Source: a virus
Direction: 5' to 3' (one strand)
IMG/VR virus record: IMGVR_UViG_3300048694_001005
Coordinates: 96,001 to 160,000 of that record
Length of the DNA: 64,000 nucleotides
Shown here: positions 30,345-40,327 of the stretch, piece after piece
Layout of the letters: each line of letters starts with the position of its first letter
How positions within the stretch are numbered: the first letter of the stretch is position 1
Made by a program: the position numbers and the translations under genes
Notes under the pieces: model-generated
Seen by the model: only the letters and a program-made list of their open reading frames with translations
Databases searched by the model: none
What the model was told of the DNA's origin: nothing

Positions 30345-33004
30345 TGAGTTACGTTGATGCTTACCTAAACAAAGAAGAAGATCGTATATATGTAGTAGAA
30401 CGCATAGATGGCAAAAGGATATTTACTGAATATCCTGCCGAATATAGGTTCTACTACGATGATCCACGTGGAAAATTTCAAACTATCTATGGCACGCCGG
30501 TAAGCAGGTTCACAACACGTAACAGCAAAGAGTTCCATAAAGAGCTGCGCATTAACAGCAATAATCGTATTTGGGAAGGTGACATCAATCCCGTATTGCG
30601 ATGCCTAAGTGAGAACTATCTTAACGCAGCAGCACCACAATTACAAACCGCGTTTTTTGATATTGAAGTCGCGTTTGATCAGGATCGCGGCTTTAGTTCG
30701 CCCACAGATCCGTTCAATCCCATCACTGCAATCAGTGTGTATTTGGATTGGTTGGATCAGTTAATCACACTGGTCATACCGCCCAATCATATTAGTGATG
30801 AATCTGCGGCTGAAATAGCCAACAAGTTTGAAAACTGTTTGGTTTTTAGGTCTGAGGCGGATCTACTTAATACGTTCTTGGAAATAATTGATGATGCTGA
30901 CATACTGAGCGGCTGGAACAGTGAAGGCTATGATATTCCCTACACTGTTAACAGAACTGTGCGCGTATTAAGCAAAAACGATATACGACGATTCTGTTTA
31001 TGGGATCAAAATCCACGCAAGCGAACCTTTGAACGATTTGGTAACGAAGAAACTACCTTTGACTTGATTGGTCGTGTGCATTTGGACTACATGCAGCTAT
31101 ATCGCAACTATACCTATCATGAAATGCATAGTTATAGCTTGGATGCTATTTCGGAATATGAGCTAGGTGAGAAAAAGGTAGCTTATGAAGGCACACTGGA
31201 TCAGTTATACAACAAAGACTTTCAAAAGTTCATAGACTATAACCGCCAGGATACCATGTTGCTGGCTAAACTAGACAAGAAGCTGAGATTTATTGATCTC
31301 AGTAATGAACTGGCACATGAAAACACGGTGTTGTTGGCAAAAACCATGAGCGCAGTGGCACTGACTGAGCAAGCAATTATCAATGAAGCACATGCTCAGG
31401 GTTTAATTATTCCAAACCGCAAAGAATATGCCACAGATGACAATAGACCTGCTGCGGGTGCGTATGTTGCATATCCCAAAAAGGGTATGCATGAGTGGAT
31501 TGGTGCAATAGATATTAACTCACTGTATCCTTCGGCTATTCGCGCATTAAACATGGCTCCAGAAACTATTGTGGGACAATTACGACCCATAATGACTGAT
31601 AACTATATTCAGGAAAAGATCGATGGCGGCGCGCATTTTGCAGCAGCATGGGAAGGCTTGTTTGGTAGTTTGGAATATTCGGCCGTAATGAACCAGGAGC
31701 GCGGTACTGAGATTACTGTAGACTGGGAATCTGGTGACAGCACTACACACAGCGCAGCAGAATTGTGGCGACTGATCTTTGACAGTCACAATAAATGGAC
31801 CCTAAGTGCGAATGGTACTATCTTTAGTTATGAACGTGATGGTATTGTACCGGGATTATTGGCGCGTTGGTATGCAGAACGTAAAGAACTACAGGCCAAA
31901 AAGAAAGATGCTACAGATAAAGCTGAAATAGCGTTTTGGGACAAGCGCCAGCTAGTAAAAAAGATTAACCTAAACAGTTTGTATGGTGCCATTTTGAATC
32001 CAGGCTGTAGGTTCTTTGATGCCCGCATTGGACAAAGCACCACGCTAACAGGTCGTCAAGTAGTTAAACACATGAACGCCAAAATCAATGAGTTGGTGGC
32101 TGGCGAATATAACCACGTGGGTGTAAGTAATATCTACGCTGACACTGATAGTGCGTATTTTAGCATTTGGCCTGTTATCAAAGAATCAGTTGAACGCGGT
32201 GACATGGTCTGGAATAAAGATGCTTGTGTTGAACTTTATGATGCCATAGCAGAGCAGGTTAACGAAAGCTTTCCAGCATTTATGGAACAGAACTTCCACT
32301 GCCCACGACGTTTAGGTGAGCTGATACGTGGTGGTCGCGAACTAATCGCTAGCAAGGGGCTATATATCACCAAGAAACGTTATGCGGTATTGATATATGA
32401 CTTAGAAGGCAAGCGACTGGATGTCAATGGTGAGCAAGGTAAAACTAAAGCCATGGGACTGGACCTTAAACGCAGCGATACGCCAAAAATTGTGCAGGAT
32501 TTCCTAAGCAAAGTATTGATGGAAGTGTTAACTGGTGCAGATCGCGAACAAGTAATAGACATGATCAAGGAGTTTAAGGCTAAGTTTTCCGATCTTCCTG
32601 CCTGGCAAATGGGAACACCAAAACGTGTGAACAATTTAACCAAATTTACACGTGAAGAAGAACGACTGGGCAAAGCAAATATGCCAGGGCATGTTCGAGC
32701 AGCTATGAACTGGAACAATTTGCGAAGAATGCATGGTGATAATCACAGCATGAAGATCACTGATGGCATGAAGACCATTGTTTGTAAGCTCAAAAATAAT
32801 CCCTTGGGTTTAACAAGTGTGGGCTATCCTATTGATCAGCTAAACTTGCCAGAGTGGTACAAAGAGCTGCCTTTTGACAATGCGGAAATGGAAGATACTA
32901 TCGTGGATCAAAAGATTGACAATCTTTTGGGCATATTGGACTGGAATCTACGTGATGCTACCACAACTAAAACAAAAATTAACGATCTATTCAGCTTCGA
33001 ATGA
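30344..33004 (+). CDS. Family B DNA polymerase (T4 gp43-like)
   Basis: Exo motifs FFDIEV, GWNSEGYDIPY, YNRQDT; pol motifs DINSLYPS, KKINLNSLYG, YADTDS, KKRY. No intein seen. Confidence 0.97.
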   Translation: MSYVDAYLNKEEDRIYVVERIDGKRIFTEYPAEYRFYYDDPRGKFQTIYGTPVSRFTTRNSKEFHKELRINSNNRIWEGDINPVLRCLSENYLNAAAPQLQTAFFDIEVAFDQDRGFSSPTDPFNPITAISVYLDWLDQLITLVIPPNHISDESAAEIANKFENCLVFRSEADLLNTFLEIIDDADILSGWNSEGYDIPYTVNRTVRVLSKNDIRRFCLWDQNPRKRTFERFGNEETTFDLIGRVHLDYMQLYRNYTYHEMHSYSLDAISEYELGEKKVAYEGTLDQLYNKDFQKFIDYNRQDTMLLAKLDKKLRFIDLSNELAHENTVLLAKTMSAVALTEQAIINEAHAQGLIIPNRKEYATDDNRPAAGAYVAYPKKGMHEWIGAIDINSLYPSAIRALNMAPETIVGQLRPIMTDNYIQEKIDGGAHFAAAWEGLFGSLEYSAVMNQERGTEITVDWESGDSTTHSAAELWRLIFDSHNKWTLSANGTIFSYERDGIVPGLLARWYAERKELQAKKKDATDKAEIAFWDKRQLVKKINLNSLYGAILNPGCRFFDARIGQSTTLTGRQVVKHMNAKINELVAGEYNHVGVSNIYADTDSAYFSIWPVIKESVERGDMVWNKDACVELYDAIAEQVNESFPAFMEQNFHCPRRLGELIRGGRELIASKGLYITKKRYAVLIYDLEGKRLDVNGEQGKTKAMGLDLKRSDTPKIVQDFLSKVLMEVLTGADREQVIDMIKEFKAKFSDLPAWQMGTPKRVNNLTKFTREEERLGKANMPGHVRAAMNWNNLRRMHGDNHSMKITDGMKTIVCKLKNNPLGLTSVGYPIDQLNLPEWYKELPFDNAEMEDTIVDQKIDNLLGILDWNLRDATTTKTKINDLFSFE

Positions 33005-34047
33005 CAATACAAATAAAAGACGCACAATTAAGGCAGCTGATTGAAACCGAGACAGAAATTAGTCGTATAATGGCCAAATTTCCAGTAATAACCACAAATG
33101 CTAGGCACGAATTTAGTGAGATGCTTGGTCAATTACATGATATATCTCCAGTCGCTCTTAAAAAAGAATTATACCCTATGCAAGGTCGCATAGATGAAAT
33201 TTTCCATCTATCCGGCCAATTGCATTACGACTATAATGAGTTTTTACAGAAACTAAAAGCGGAAATAAAGAGAATTAAATCAGAAAAACAGCTTTTGTTA
33301 GCGAAAAATCTCAATATTAAATCGAAATCTTTTACCAACTACCCACTATCTGGCGACCTAGACCCAAATACAGATAATGAATTGACTTTATTTTTACAAG
33401 GCTTATTGGACTACAATGTAAGTTTTAAATTTCCTGGTTTAATATTAGGAGGTGAAGTAGACCAATGTCTAAATACTATGGTAGCTAATGATCCTTTGTA
33501 TACCTGCGTAAATAATTCTAAAATGGAAAAATATCAAACCATGTTAAACAATGACTTTTATTTTTCCAAACGACTAAGAAAATATAATTATGACAACTTC
33601 AGTTTAGAAAGCTTGGACGCTTTACCTAAAGGACAGTTTGGGCTAATTGTTGCAACTGGTCATATTGACATGTTGCCACGATATAATATACAAGCGTATA
33701 TGACACAGATAGGTCAACTGTTGCGTCTGGGTGGTACTTTTATTTTTAGTTTCTTTGATATTGATATTTTAAAAGCTGCCGAGGCTATGGAATTGCATTT
33801 AATTAATGAAAATATCAAGCATCAAGCAGCTATCAACAGCGACCCTATTTGGTGGCATAAATTAGAACCATATCCCAGTTGTTTAACACTACATGACTAT
33901 CTACCCATTATCAATTCTACTCAAATGAGGTTCATTAGTTACAATCAATTTGCATATCACAGTATCGTAGTATGCAAAAGACTGGGCGATATTCAAACTA
34001 TAAAATTATCACAGAATTTAGGCGAAATAAAATCTACACAAGACTAG
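33001..34047 (+). CDS. Hypothetical protein, possibly a degenerate class I methyltransferase fold
   Basis: LLRLGGTFIFSF resembles the MTase C-terminal motif; no clear GxGxG; AT-rich. Confidence 0.4.
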   Translation: MTIQIKDAQLRQLIETETEISRIMAKFPVITTNARHEFSEMLGQLHDISPVALKKELYPMQGRIDEIFHLSGQLHYDYNEFLQKLKAEIKRIKSEKQLLLAKNLNIKSKSFTNYPLSGDLDPNTDNELTLFLQGLLDYNVSFKFPGLILGGEVDQCLNTMVANDPLYTCVNNSKMEKYQTMLNNDFYFSKRLRKYNYDNFSLESLDALPKGQFGLIVATGHIDMLPRYNIQAYMTQIGQLLRLGGTFIFSFFDIDILKAAEAMELHLINENIKHQAAINSDPIWWHKLEPYPSCLTLHDYLPIINSTQMRFISYNQFAYHSIVVCKRLGDIQTIKLSQNLGEIKSTQD

Positions 34048-34073
34048 ATTTTTCTAAATACATGTAATACAAT
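34045..34073 (+). promoter_or_regulatory. Promoter variant TAGATT-N17-TACAAT before the clamp/DpdA operon
   Basis: Matches 30033-30061. Confidence 0.5.
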
Positions 34074-34092
34074 AATTCCATTGGAGAAAACT

Positions 34093-34827
34093 ATGAAAGA
34101 CTATCTATCAGATCTAGTAGCACACACGCAGGGCTTGGGAAGTATTGGCTTTGTAAAAATCACAGGCAACACGAAAGATACAAAAATCGAAGCAGTGAGC
34201 GAAGATAAAGCAATTATTTTGCAGGGTGCTTTCAACGCGCCAATCGCAGAATTTATTGGTGTTTTTGGTATGCCAGATTTGAACAAGCTTAATATCATAT
34301 TGAACATTAGTGAATATGAGGAAGATGCAGTAATCAGTGTAACTAAAAAGACAGTGGGCAGTGATGAAGTACCCAGCGGTTTGCATTTTCAAAACAAAGC
34401 TGGTGACTTTGAGAACATTTATAGGTTCATGACTACAGATGTGGTTAACGAAAAACTTAAATTTATCAAATTGAAGAATACGCCAAAGTGGAATATCACT
34501 TTTAATCCCAGTGTGGCTAGTATTCAGCGTTTCAAGTTTCAGAGTCAAGCGCACAGCGAGGAACCCTTGTTTACGGCCAAGACTGAAAAGAAGAACTTAG
34601 TGTTCCAGCTGGGTGATGTAAGTAGTCATGCTGGTAACTTTGTGTTTGAAAACAATTTCACTGGCAGCATTAGTAAACCCTGGAGTTATCCGGTACAGTC
34701 AGTGTTAAGCATCATGGGACTATTGGGCGACAAAACTATGATGTTCAGTGACGAAGGTCTATTGCAAATTACAGTAGATAGCGGCATTGCCAAATATAAC
34801 TATATGTTGCCTCCACACACCAAATAA
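34093..34827 (+). CDS. Sliding clamp (gp45-like)
   Basis: 244 aa, beta-rich; FIGVFGMPDLNKL; QITVDSGIAKYNYMLP; position after the polymerase. Confidence 0.6.
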   Translation: MKDYLSDLVAHTQGLGSIGFVKITGNTKDTKIEAVSEDKAIILQGAFNAPIAEFIGVFGMPDLNKLNIILNISEYEEDAVISVTKKTVGSDEVPSGLHFQNKAGDFENIYRFMTTDVVNEKLKFIKLKNTPKWNITFNPSVASIQRFKFQSQAHSEEPLFTAKTEKKNLVFQLGDVSSHAGNFVFENNFTGSISKPWSYPVQSVLSIMGLLGDKTMMFSDEGLLQITVDSGIAKYNYMLPPHTK

Positions 34828-36590
34828 TGCAAAATTTAACCAACTATCAAAGCGATTACTCGATTTTTCTGCCAGCTATGAGTGGTTTCTATACCACTTA
34901 TATTGGCAGACAGCGCAGTGACCCCAATTATGTTGATGCCAATCGCATGCCCAAGGCATTTCCACATGGCATGGAAAGTCTCAATATTATAAATGACAAG
35001 CAAGCCATGTTTTATTATAAGTGGTTTTTGTACAGCGGTGGTCATGCCAACTTAAACATACATGAGGAAGATCCCTGCGAAGACATGATTCGCAAGCGTG
35101 ATCGTAACACCAGCTTCATGTTGGCTGACTCTGGTGGCTTTCAGATAGGTAAGGGGGTATGGGCGGGTGAGTGGAATGATCCCACTGGTCCAGTAGTAGC
35201 ACAACGCATGGCTGATTGTATGGCGCGAAAAACAGAAAATAGACCTGTCTTGGATAAGAATGGTAATCCTGCTCTAGACAAGAATGGTAACCCTAAGGTT
35301 AAAGTAGTTGATCTTGTGAAGGAATATCAAGATAAACTGGATACTGTTGAGCGTCAACGTCGTTCTGTATTGGAGTGGATCGACGAATATGCGGATTACG
35401 GTATGATTTTGGACGTGCCTAGTTGGATCAGCAAAGACGCCTACGCAGTAAAGCAAACAGGTATCACTAGTTTTGATGAAGCACTGTCAGCGACAGAATA
35501 TAATAATGAATACTTTATCAAGCATAGAAAAGGCAAAGCCAAATTTCTAAACGTGCTACAGGGCATGGACCACGGAACTGCCGATAAATGGTATGACGTG
35601 ATGAAAAAATACTGTGATCCTAAACAGTATCCTGGGCGTCATTTTAATGGCTGGGCTATGGGTGGTCAGAATGGTAGTGATATTACACTCATACTTAGGC
35701 GTATAATTACTATGATGCATGATGGTTTGCTGGAACCTGGTGTGCATGATTGGATGCACTTCCTGGGAACTAGCAAGTTAGAAGTAGCATTGGTACTTAC
35801 TGACATACAACGTGCGGTACGCAAATATCATAATCCAAATTTCACTATTAGTTATGACTGTGCGAGTCCCTTTTTAGCTACGGCTAATGGGCAGATCTAC
35901 ACAGATATTATCACTGAAAAAGATGGCAACTGGACCTATAGAATGTTACGTGGTCTAGACGATAAAAAATATGCTACCGATCAAAGAACCTATGCGGATG
36001 CGGTTATTCAGGATGACATATTTGAAAGTGGGTTCATGAGTAGCCCTATTACAGACGCGATCAAAGTGTCTGATGTATGTGTTTACAAGCCTGGTGACCT
36101 CAATAAAATTGGCAAGGAAGGTAGAACTAGCTGGGACAGCTTCAGTTATACACTGCAAATGGCACATAATATTTGGATGCATATCGTAGCAGTGCAGTCG
36201 GCCAATGCCAAATACGACAATAATGTTATACCAAAAATGTTAATTGACATGGAGGTAGAACGGAAAACCTTTCGTGATATGATTGAGCATGTTTTTGCTT
36301 TACAAGATAAAGATAAAGCTATACAATTTATCAACAGTGAAGAAAACATGACATTTTGGCAAAAATTCAAAAGTAGTGTTGGTAATACCGGCAAAAATAC
36401 GCATAATGCCGGTCCAGAGTACAACAAAAAATTTGAAGCTCAAGGTAACATTAAAATGGAAAAATTGATGAAATCTGTAAGTAAAGTAATCAACACTGGA
36501 CATCTTGATGTTCAAACAAACTATGAGACTAAAAAAACTGCCAAAAAACCACTCACCACAATTAACAGCAGTATCGTAGAGGTAATGTAA
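34827..36590 (+). CDS. tRNA-guanine-transglycosylase-fold protein (DpdA-like 7-deazaguanine DNA transglycosylase)
   Basis: DSGGFQ; MILDVP; FLNVLQG; GWAMGG; MHFLG; SYDCASP; heads the deazaguanine cluster. Confidence 0.8.
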   Translation: MQNLTNYQSDYSIFLPAMSGFYTTYIGRQRSDPNYVDANRMPKAFPHGMESLNIINDKQAMFYYKWFLYSGGHANLNIHEEDPCEDMIRKRDRNTSFMLADSGGFQIGKGVWAGEWNDPTGPVVAQRMADCMARKTENRPVLDKNGNPALDKNGNPKVKVVDLVKEYQDKLDTVERQRRSVLEWIDEYADYGMILDVPSWISKDAYAVKQTGITSFDEALSATEYNNEYFIKHRKGKAKFLNVLQGMDHGTADKWYDVMKKYCDPKQYPGRHFNGWAMGGQNGSDITLILRRIITMMHDGLLEPGVHDWMHFLGTSKLEVALVLTDIQRAVRKYHNPNFTISYDCASPFLATANGQIYTDIITEKDGNWTYRMLRGLDDKKYATDQRTYADAVIQDDIFESGFMSSPITDAIKVSDVCVYKPGDLNKIGKEGRTSWDSFSYTLQMAHNIWMHIVAVQSANAKYDNNVIPKMLIDMEVERKTFRDMIEHVFALQDKDKAIQFINSEENMTFWQKFKSSVGNTGKNTHNAGPEYNKKFEAQGNIKMEKLMKSVSKVINTGHLDVQTNYETKKTAKKPLTTINSSIVEVM

Positions 36591-37057
36591 TGTCGGATAA
36601 GATTGTAAGCATACTTGAGCAACGCAGGCAAGCGTTGCTGGAACGTGCGTCTAAAACCAAAGATATCGCGGAACGTATGATATGGGTCACCTTCCGAAAG
36701 GAGGGTATTCACCAATATCCCGCGGCCTCCACTGATCCCGGCCTAGCAGATGTAAATTTTTTGGGTTATCCGCATAGACACATATTTCATTTTACTGTTT
36801 GGATTACAGTATGGCACAATGATCGTGACCTTGAATTCATACAATTCAAGCGTTGGTTAGAATCACTATATGGTGATGGCATACTGGACCTAAATAATCA
36901 GAGTTGCGAAATGATGTCTGACGCACTCTATGACAAGATCACAGAACGATATCCAGATCGCAATATTTGGATTGAAGTCAGTGAAGATGGTGAAAACGGC
37001 TGTTTAATCAAATATAAATTGCCGGAAGCACCTGTTAATCAACCTAAATATCGTTAA
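36590..37057 (+). CDS. QueD-like T-fold protein with LxxxHRHxF motif (DpdL-like)
   Basis: FLGYPHRHIFHF; HNDRDLEFIQFKRWLE; SCEMM; VSEDGENG. Confidence 0.7.
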   Translation: MSDKIVSILEQRRQALLERASKTKDIAERMIWVTFRKEGIHQYPAASTDPGLADVNFLGYPHRHIFHFTVWITVWHNDRDLEFIQFKRWLESLYGDGILDLNNQSCEMMSDALYDKITERYPDRNIWIEVSEDGENGCLIKYKLPEAPVNQPKYR

Positions 37058-37077
37058 TCAACTAAAGGAAACAAAAA

Positions 37078-37260
37078 ATGGCACAACCTGCTTGGCTCAA
37101 AAAATACCTCACCATGAAACCCGAGGTCGTTAAACTCTTCGAAACCATCGAAGCCTATCATGATTACTGTAGGTTTGAATTGTTGCCGTTCGACCCTGCA
37201 GCCGTAAACAATAAACGAAGTAAACAGTGGAAAGAGTACGTTAAAAGTTTGGAAAATTAA
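37078..37260 (+). CDS. Hypothetical protein
   Basis: 60 aa, SD AAGGA. Confidence 0.6.
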   Translation: MAQPAWLKKYLTMKPEVVKLFETIEAYHDYCRFELLPFDPAAVNNKRSKQWKEYVKSLEN

Positions 37261-38336
37261 TGAAGATTTATATAGTTGGCCTAGAAGCTGTAGATACTCG
37301 ATACACTGGTCAATGGAAAACTCATATCCCTGAACTTTTGTCTAATCATGGATACGATTTCCGTGTTATATCTGGATCAGAAGATATACCTACTGCTACT
37401 ACACCCGGTGCTTTTTTAAACTTTGGTGGTACCAATGTTTACAAATCTACACAGGTTGAAGCTATTGCTAGGCTCTTCTGTGCTGGACATGTAAAACCTG
37501 GTGATCACTTTATCTTTACTGATGCGTGGCACCCCGGTATCATTAATCTCAAATACATGAGTGAGCTATTGGGTACAAAAGTAGTCATTCATGCCTTGTG
37601 GCATGCGGGGTCATACGATCCACAGGACTTTTTGGGTAGACTAATTGGTGATGAACCCTGGGTTAGACACGCTGAAAAAAGTTTCTTCCATGCTATCGAT
37701 CATAACTATTTTGCAACACAGTTTCATATTGATATGTTTTTTGAAAACTTACTTGAAGCCAATTTCAACACAGGATTCAATGTTGCAGACAAAATAGTTC
37801 GTACTGGTTGGCCCATGGAATATATGCCCAGCATCTTGCAGCAGTATTCACAGATTAAGAAACGAGACTTGATCTTATTCCCACATCGTATCGCACCAGA
37901 AAAGCAAGTGAATATTTTCCGTGATCTAGCACAGCAATTACCAGAGTATGAGTTTGTGGTATGCCAGGATCAGCAATTAACCAAGGATCAATACCATAAT
38001 TTGCTAGGTACTGCCAAGATTGTGTTCAGTGCTAACTTGCAAGAAACTTTGGGTATTAGTTGTTATGAAGGCGCATTGGTAAATGCAATTCCCATGGTTC
38101 CAGATAGATTGTCCTATTCAGAAATGTATTATGATGGGTTCAAATATCCCAGTCAGTGGACTGAACGTTGGGACTCTTATATACAACATAGGCAAGAATT
38201 GTGCCATCATATTGTAGTGACAATGACACATTACGAAAAACGTCTGCAGCAACTACAAAATCAAACAAATGATCTCACCAATAACTTTTTTAGTGCAAAT
38301 GGATTATTGGGGCAATTGGCAAAATATAAATCATAA
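37260..38336 (+). CDS. GT-B glycosyltransferase (GT4-like)
   Basis: FPHRIAPEKQ; SANLQETLGISCYEG (Ex7E); HALWHAGSYD. Confidence 0.75.
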   Translation: MKIYIVGLEAVDTRYTGQWKTHIPELLSNHGYDFRVISGSEDIPTATTPGAFLNFGGTNVYKSTQVEAIARLFCAGHVKPGDHFIFTDAWHPGIINLKYMSELLGTKVVIHALWHAGSYDPQDFLGRLIGDEPWVRHAEKSFFHAIDHNYFATQFHIDMFFENLLEANFNTGFNVADKIVRTGWPMEYMPSILQQYSQIKKRDLILFPHRIAPEKQVNIFRDLAQQLPEYEFVVCQDQQLTKDQYHNLLGTAKIVFSANLQETLGISCYEGALVNAIPMVPDRLSYSEMYYDGFKYPSQWTERWDSYIQHRQELCHHIVVTMTHYEKRLQQLQNQTNDLTNNFFSANGLLGQLAKYKS

Positions 38337-38387
38337 AGCCTTGCGTCCACGATCTAAATAAAGTAACATACAGTCTAAGGAGAATAT

Positions 38388-39065
38388 ATGGAAAACAAAA
38401 AAATTTCTGATGCAATACGACAAAGAATTAAGGAGGCTGGCGCATCATTTAATTGCAATGACAATATCAGTCGTTACGTCAAACGTGGTGAGCTTGATCG
38501 TTTGACTGCAGAAGTTGAGGCTAATTTACAAGCGGTATTGGACAGCTTGGTAATTGATACAGCAAACGATCACAATACTCAGGAAACAGCACATAGAGTA
38601 GCAAAGATGTTTGTGCATGAGATCTTTGGCGGGCGTTATCAGCCGCAGCCTAAGATTACTGCGTTCCCAAACGTGACCGCATACGATCAACTTTATGTAA
38701 CAGGACCAATTACAGTACGTAGCACATGTGCTCATCACATGATGCCTATTGTTGGTAAAGCATATATTGGCGTTTTTCCTGGTAAGAACGTAATTGGTCT
38801 AAGTAAGTTTAATCGTATTGCTGATTGGATTGCCAGTAGACCACAGATCCAGGAAGAAATGACCGTGCAGCTGGCCAATGAGGTTGAACGCGTCACAGAA
38901 GCCGAAGGTATCGCAGTGTTGGTACAAGCTGAACATTTTTGCTTAACGCATAGAGGAGTTCGCGAGCACGATAGCGATATGTCTACCAGTATTGTGCGTG
39001 GAATATTGCGCGAAGAACCAGCACTTAAACAGGAATTTTTCAGTATCGTTGGGAGAATGAAATAA
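38388..39065 (+). CDS. folE: GTP cyclohydrolase I
   Basis: ETAHRVAKM; STCAHH; GLSKFNRI; PQIQE; HFCLTHRGV. Confidence 0.95.
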   Translation: MENKKISDAIRQRIKEAGASFNCNDNISRYVKRGELDRLTAEVEANLQAVLDSLVIDTANDHNTQETAHRVAKMFVHEIFGGRYQPQPKITAFPNVTAYDQLYVTGPITVRSTCAHHMMPIVGKAYIGVFPGKNVIGLSKFNRIADWIASRPQIQEEMTVQLANEVERVTEAEGIAVLVQAEHFCLTHRGVREHDSDMSTSIVRGILREEPALKQEFFSIVGRMK

Positions 39066-39066
39066 C

Positions 39067-39627
39067 ATGACTGCCATGGTTCAAATTGGCTACCAAGAAT
39101 ATGTGGGATTGACTGCTGATCTATGCAGGCAAATCGCTAATACAACTTGGCGACCTGACTATATCGTAGGTATTGCACGTGGTGGGTTAATTCCTGCTGT
39201 TTACATGAGTCAATACTTTGATGTGCCCATGCATAGTCTCAAGGTCAGCTTACGCCACGGCGCTGAAGATACCGAAAGCAATCTTTGGATGGCCGAAGAT
39301 GCTTTTGGTTATGTGGACAAGGAAGAACGCGGCGATGAAGTAACGTGGAGCGATATAGAACGTCGCAAAAATATATTGATCGTAGATGATATAAACGACA
39401 CTGGTGCAACGTTTAACTGGATACGTGACGACTGGCAATCTGGTTGTTTGGGTGCAAGGGCCCAGGACATTTGGAATGGTATTTGGGGCGGCAACGTAAG
39501 ATTTGCAGTGTTGGTTAATAATGAAGCAAGCAGTTTTAAGGACATTAACTTCTCGGCTAGAACTGTAAATAAAGCTGATGATCCACAATGGCTAGTCTTT
39601 CCCTGGGAAGATTGGTGGAAAAATTAA
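39067..39627 (+). CDS. Type I phosphoribosyltransferase (xanthine/guanine PRT-like)
   Basis: IVGIARGGLIPA; ILIVDDINDTGAT; WLVFPWE. Confidence 0.9.
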   Translation: MTAMVQIGYQEYVGLTADLCRQIANTTWRPDYIVGIARGGLIPAVYMSQYFDVPMHSLKVSLRHGAEDTESNLWMAEDAFGYVDKEERGDEVTWSDIERRKNILIVDDINDTGATFNWIRDDWQSGCLGARAQDIWNGIWGGNVRFAVLVNNEASSFKDINFSARTVNKADDPQWLVFPWEDWWKN

Positions 39628-39639
39628 AAGGACATAAAC

Positions 39640-40056
39640 ATGGCTATTTGGAAAATCACAAACCTTGAAAAGAAAAATGCAGTAGAAAGACAGTTTTGGA
39701 CTCGAGAAGGAAAAACTATAACTAGGGAAGATGGTTTTAGATGGGGTATTTGGACCTGCGAAAGCGAATCTAAACCCGATATCAATTTGGATAATCCTGA
39801 TGGTTACCAAGTAGGTTTTGGTGAGTGTGATTGGGAAATGGAAGAGATGCAGGATGGGTGTTGGAGTGACATCACATACCCAGAAGATATGACGGACGAA
39901 GAACAAGAAGCATGGCAGACAGCATGGGACGAAGACTTTTTTGAAGGTGTAGAAAAATTGGGATGGATTAATGATGAAACAGAATATTGGATATATGGTC
40001 CCATACAATTGACAAATGAAGATACCGGAGAAACTTATGATGGACAGTCAAATTAA
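39640..40056 (+). CDS. Acidic Trp-rich hypothetical protein
   Basis: 138-aa ORF with SD AAGGA. Confidence 0.6.
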   Translation: MAIWKITNLEKKNAVERQFWTREGKTITREDGFRWGIWTCESESKPDINLDNPDGYQVGFGECDWEMEEMQDGCWSDITYPEDMTDEEQEAWQTAWDEDFFEGVEKLGWINDETEYWIYGPIQLTNEDTGETYDGQSN

Positions 40057-40327
40057 AAAGATTAATGAAATCTTAACAATCACACAGGAAGAATGTGCAG
40101 AAGTTATTCAAGTCATAAGTAAAATACATCGCTTTGGTATTGGACATGAGCATGTTAGTAGTCATCGTGGAATCACTAATACAGAAAAGCTGGAAGAAGA
40201 AGTTGGTGATTTACTGGCTATGATTGATCTGTTAATTGAGAATAAGATCCTGGCTACTGACAAACTAAACGAAGCCAAACAGAAAAAGATTGAAAAATTG
40301 CATGTTTGGTCAGATATTTTTAAATGA
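40037..40327 (+). CDS. MazG-like nucleotide pyrophosphohydrolase
   Basis: TQEECAEVIQ...LEEEVGDLLAM. Confidence 0.8.
   Translation: MMDSQIKKINEILTITQEECAEVIQVISKIHRFGIGHEHVSSHRGITNTEKLEEEVGDLLAMIDLLIENKILATDKLNEAKQKKIEKLHVWSDIFK

Noticed and set aside
30344-33004. Intein or intron in the DNA polymerase
   Set aside because: All motifs are contiguous at normal length (886 aa).
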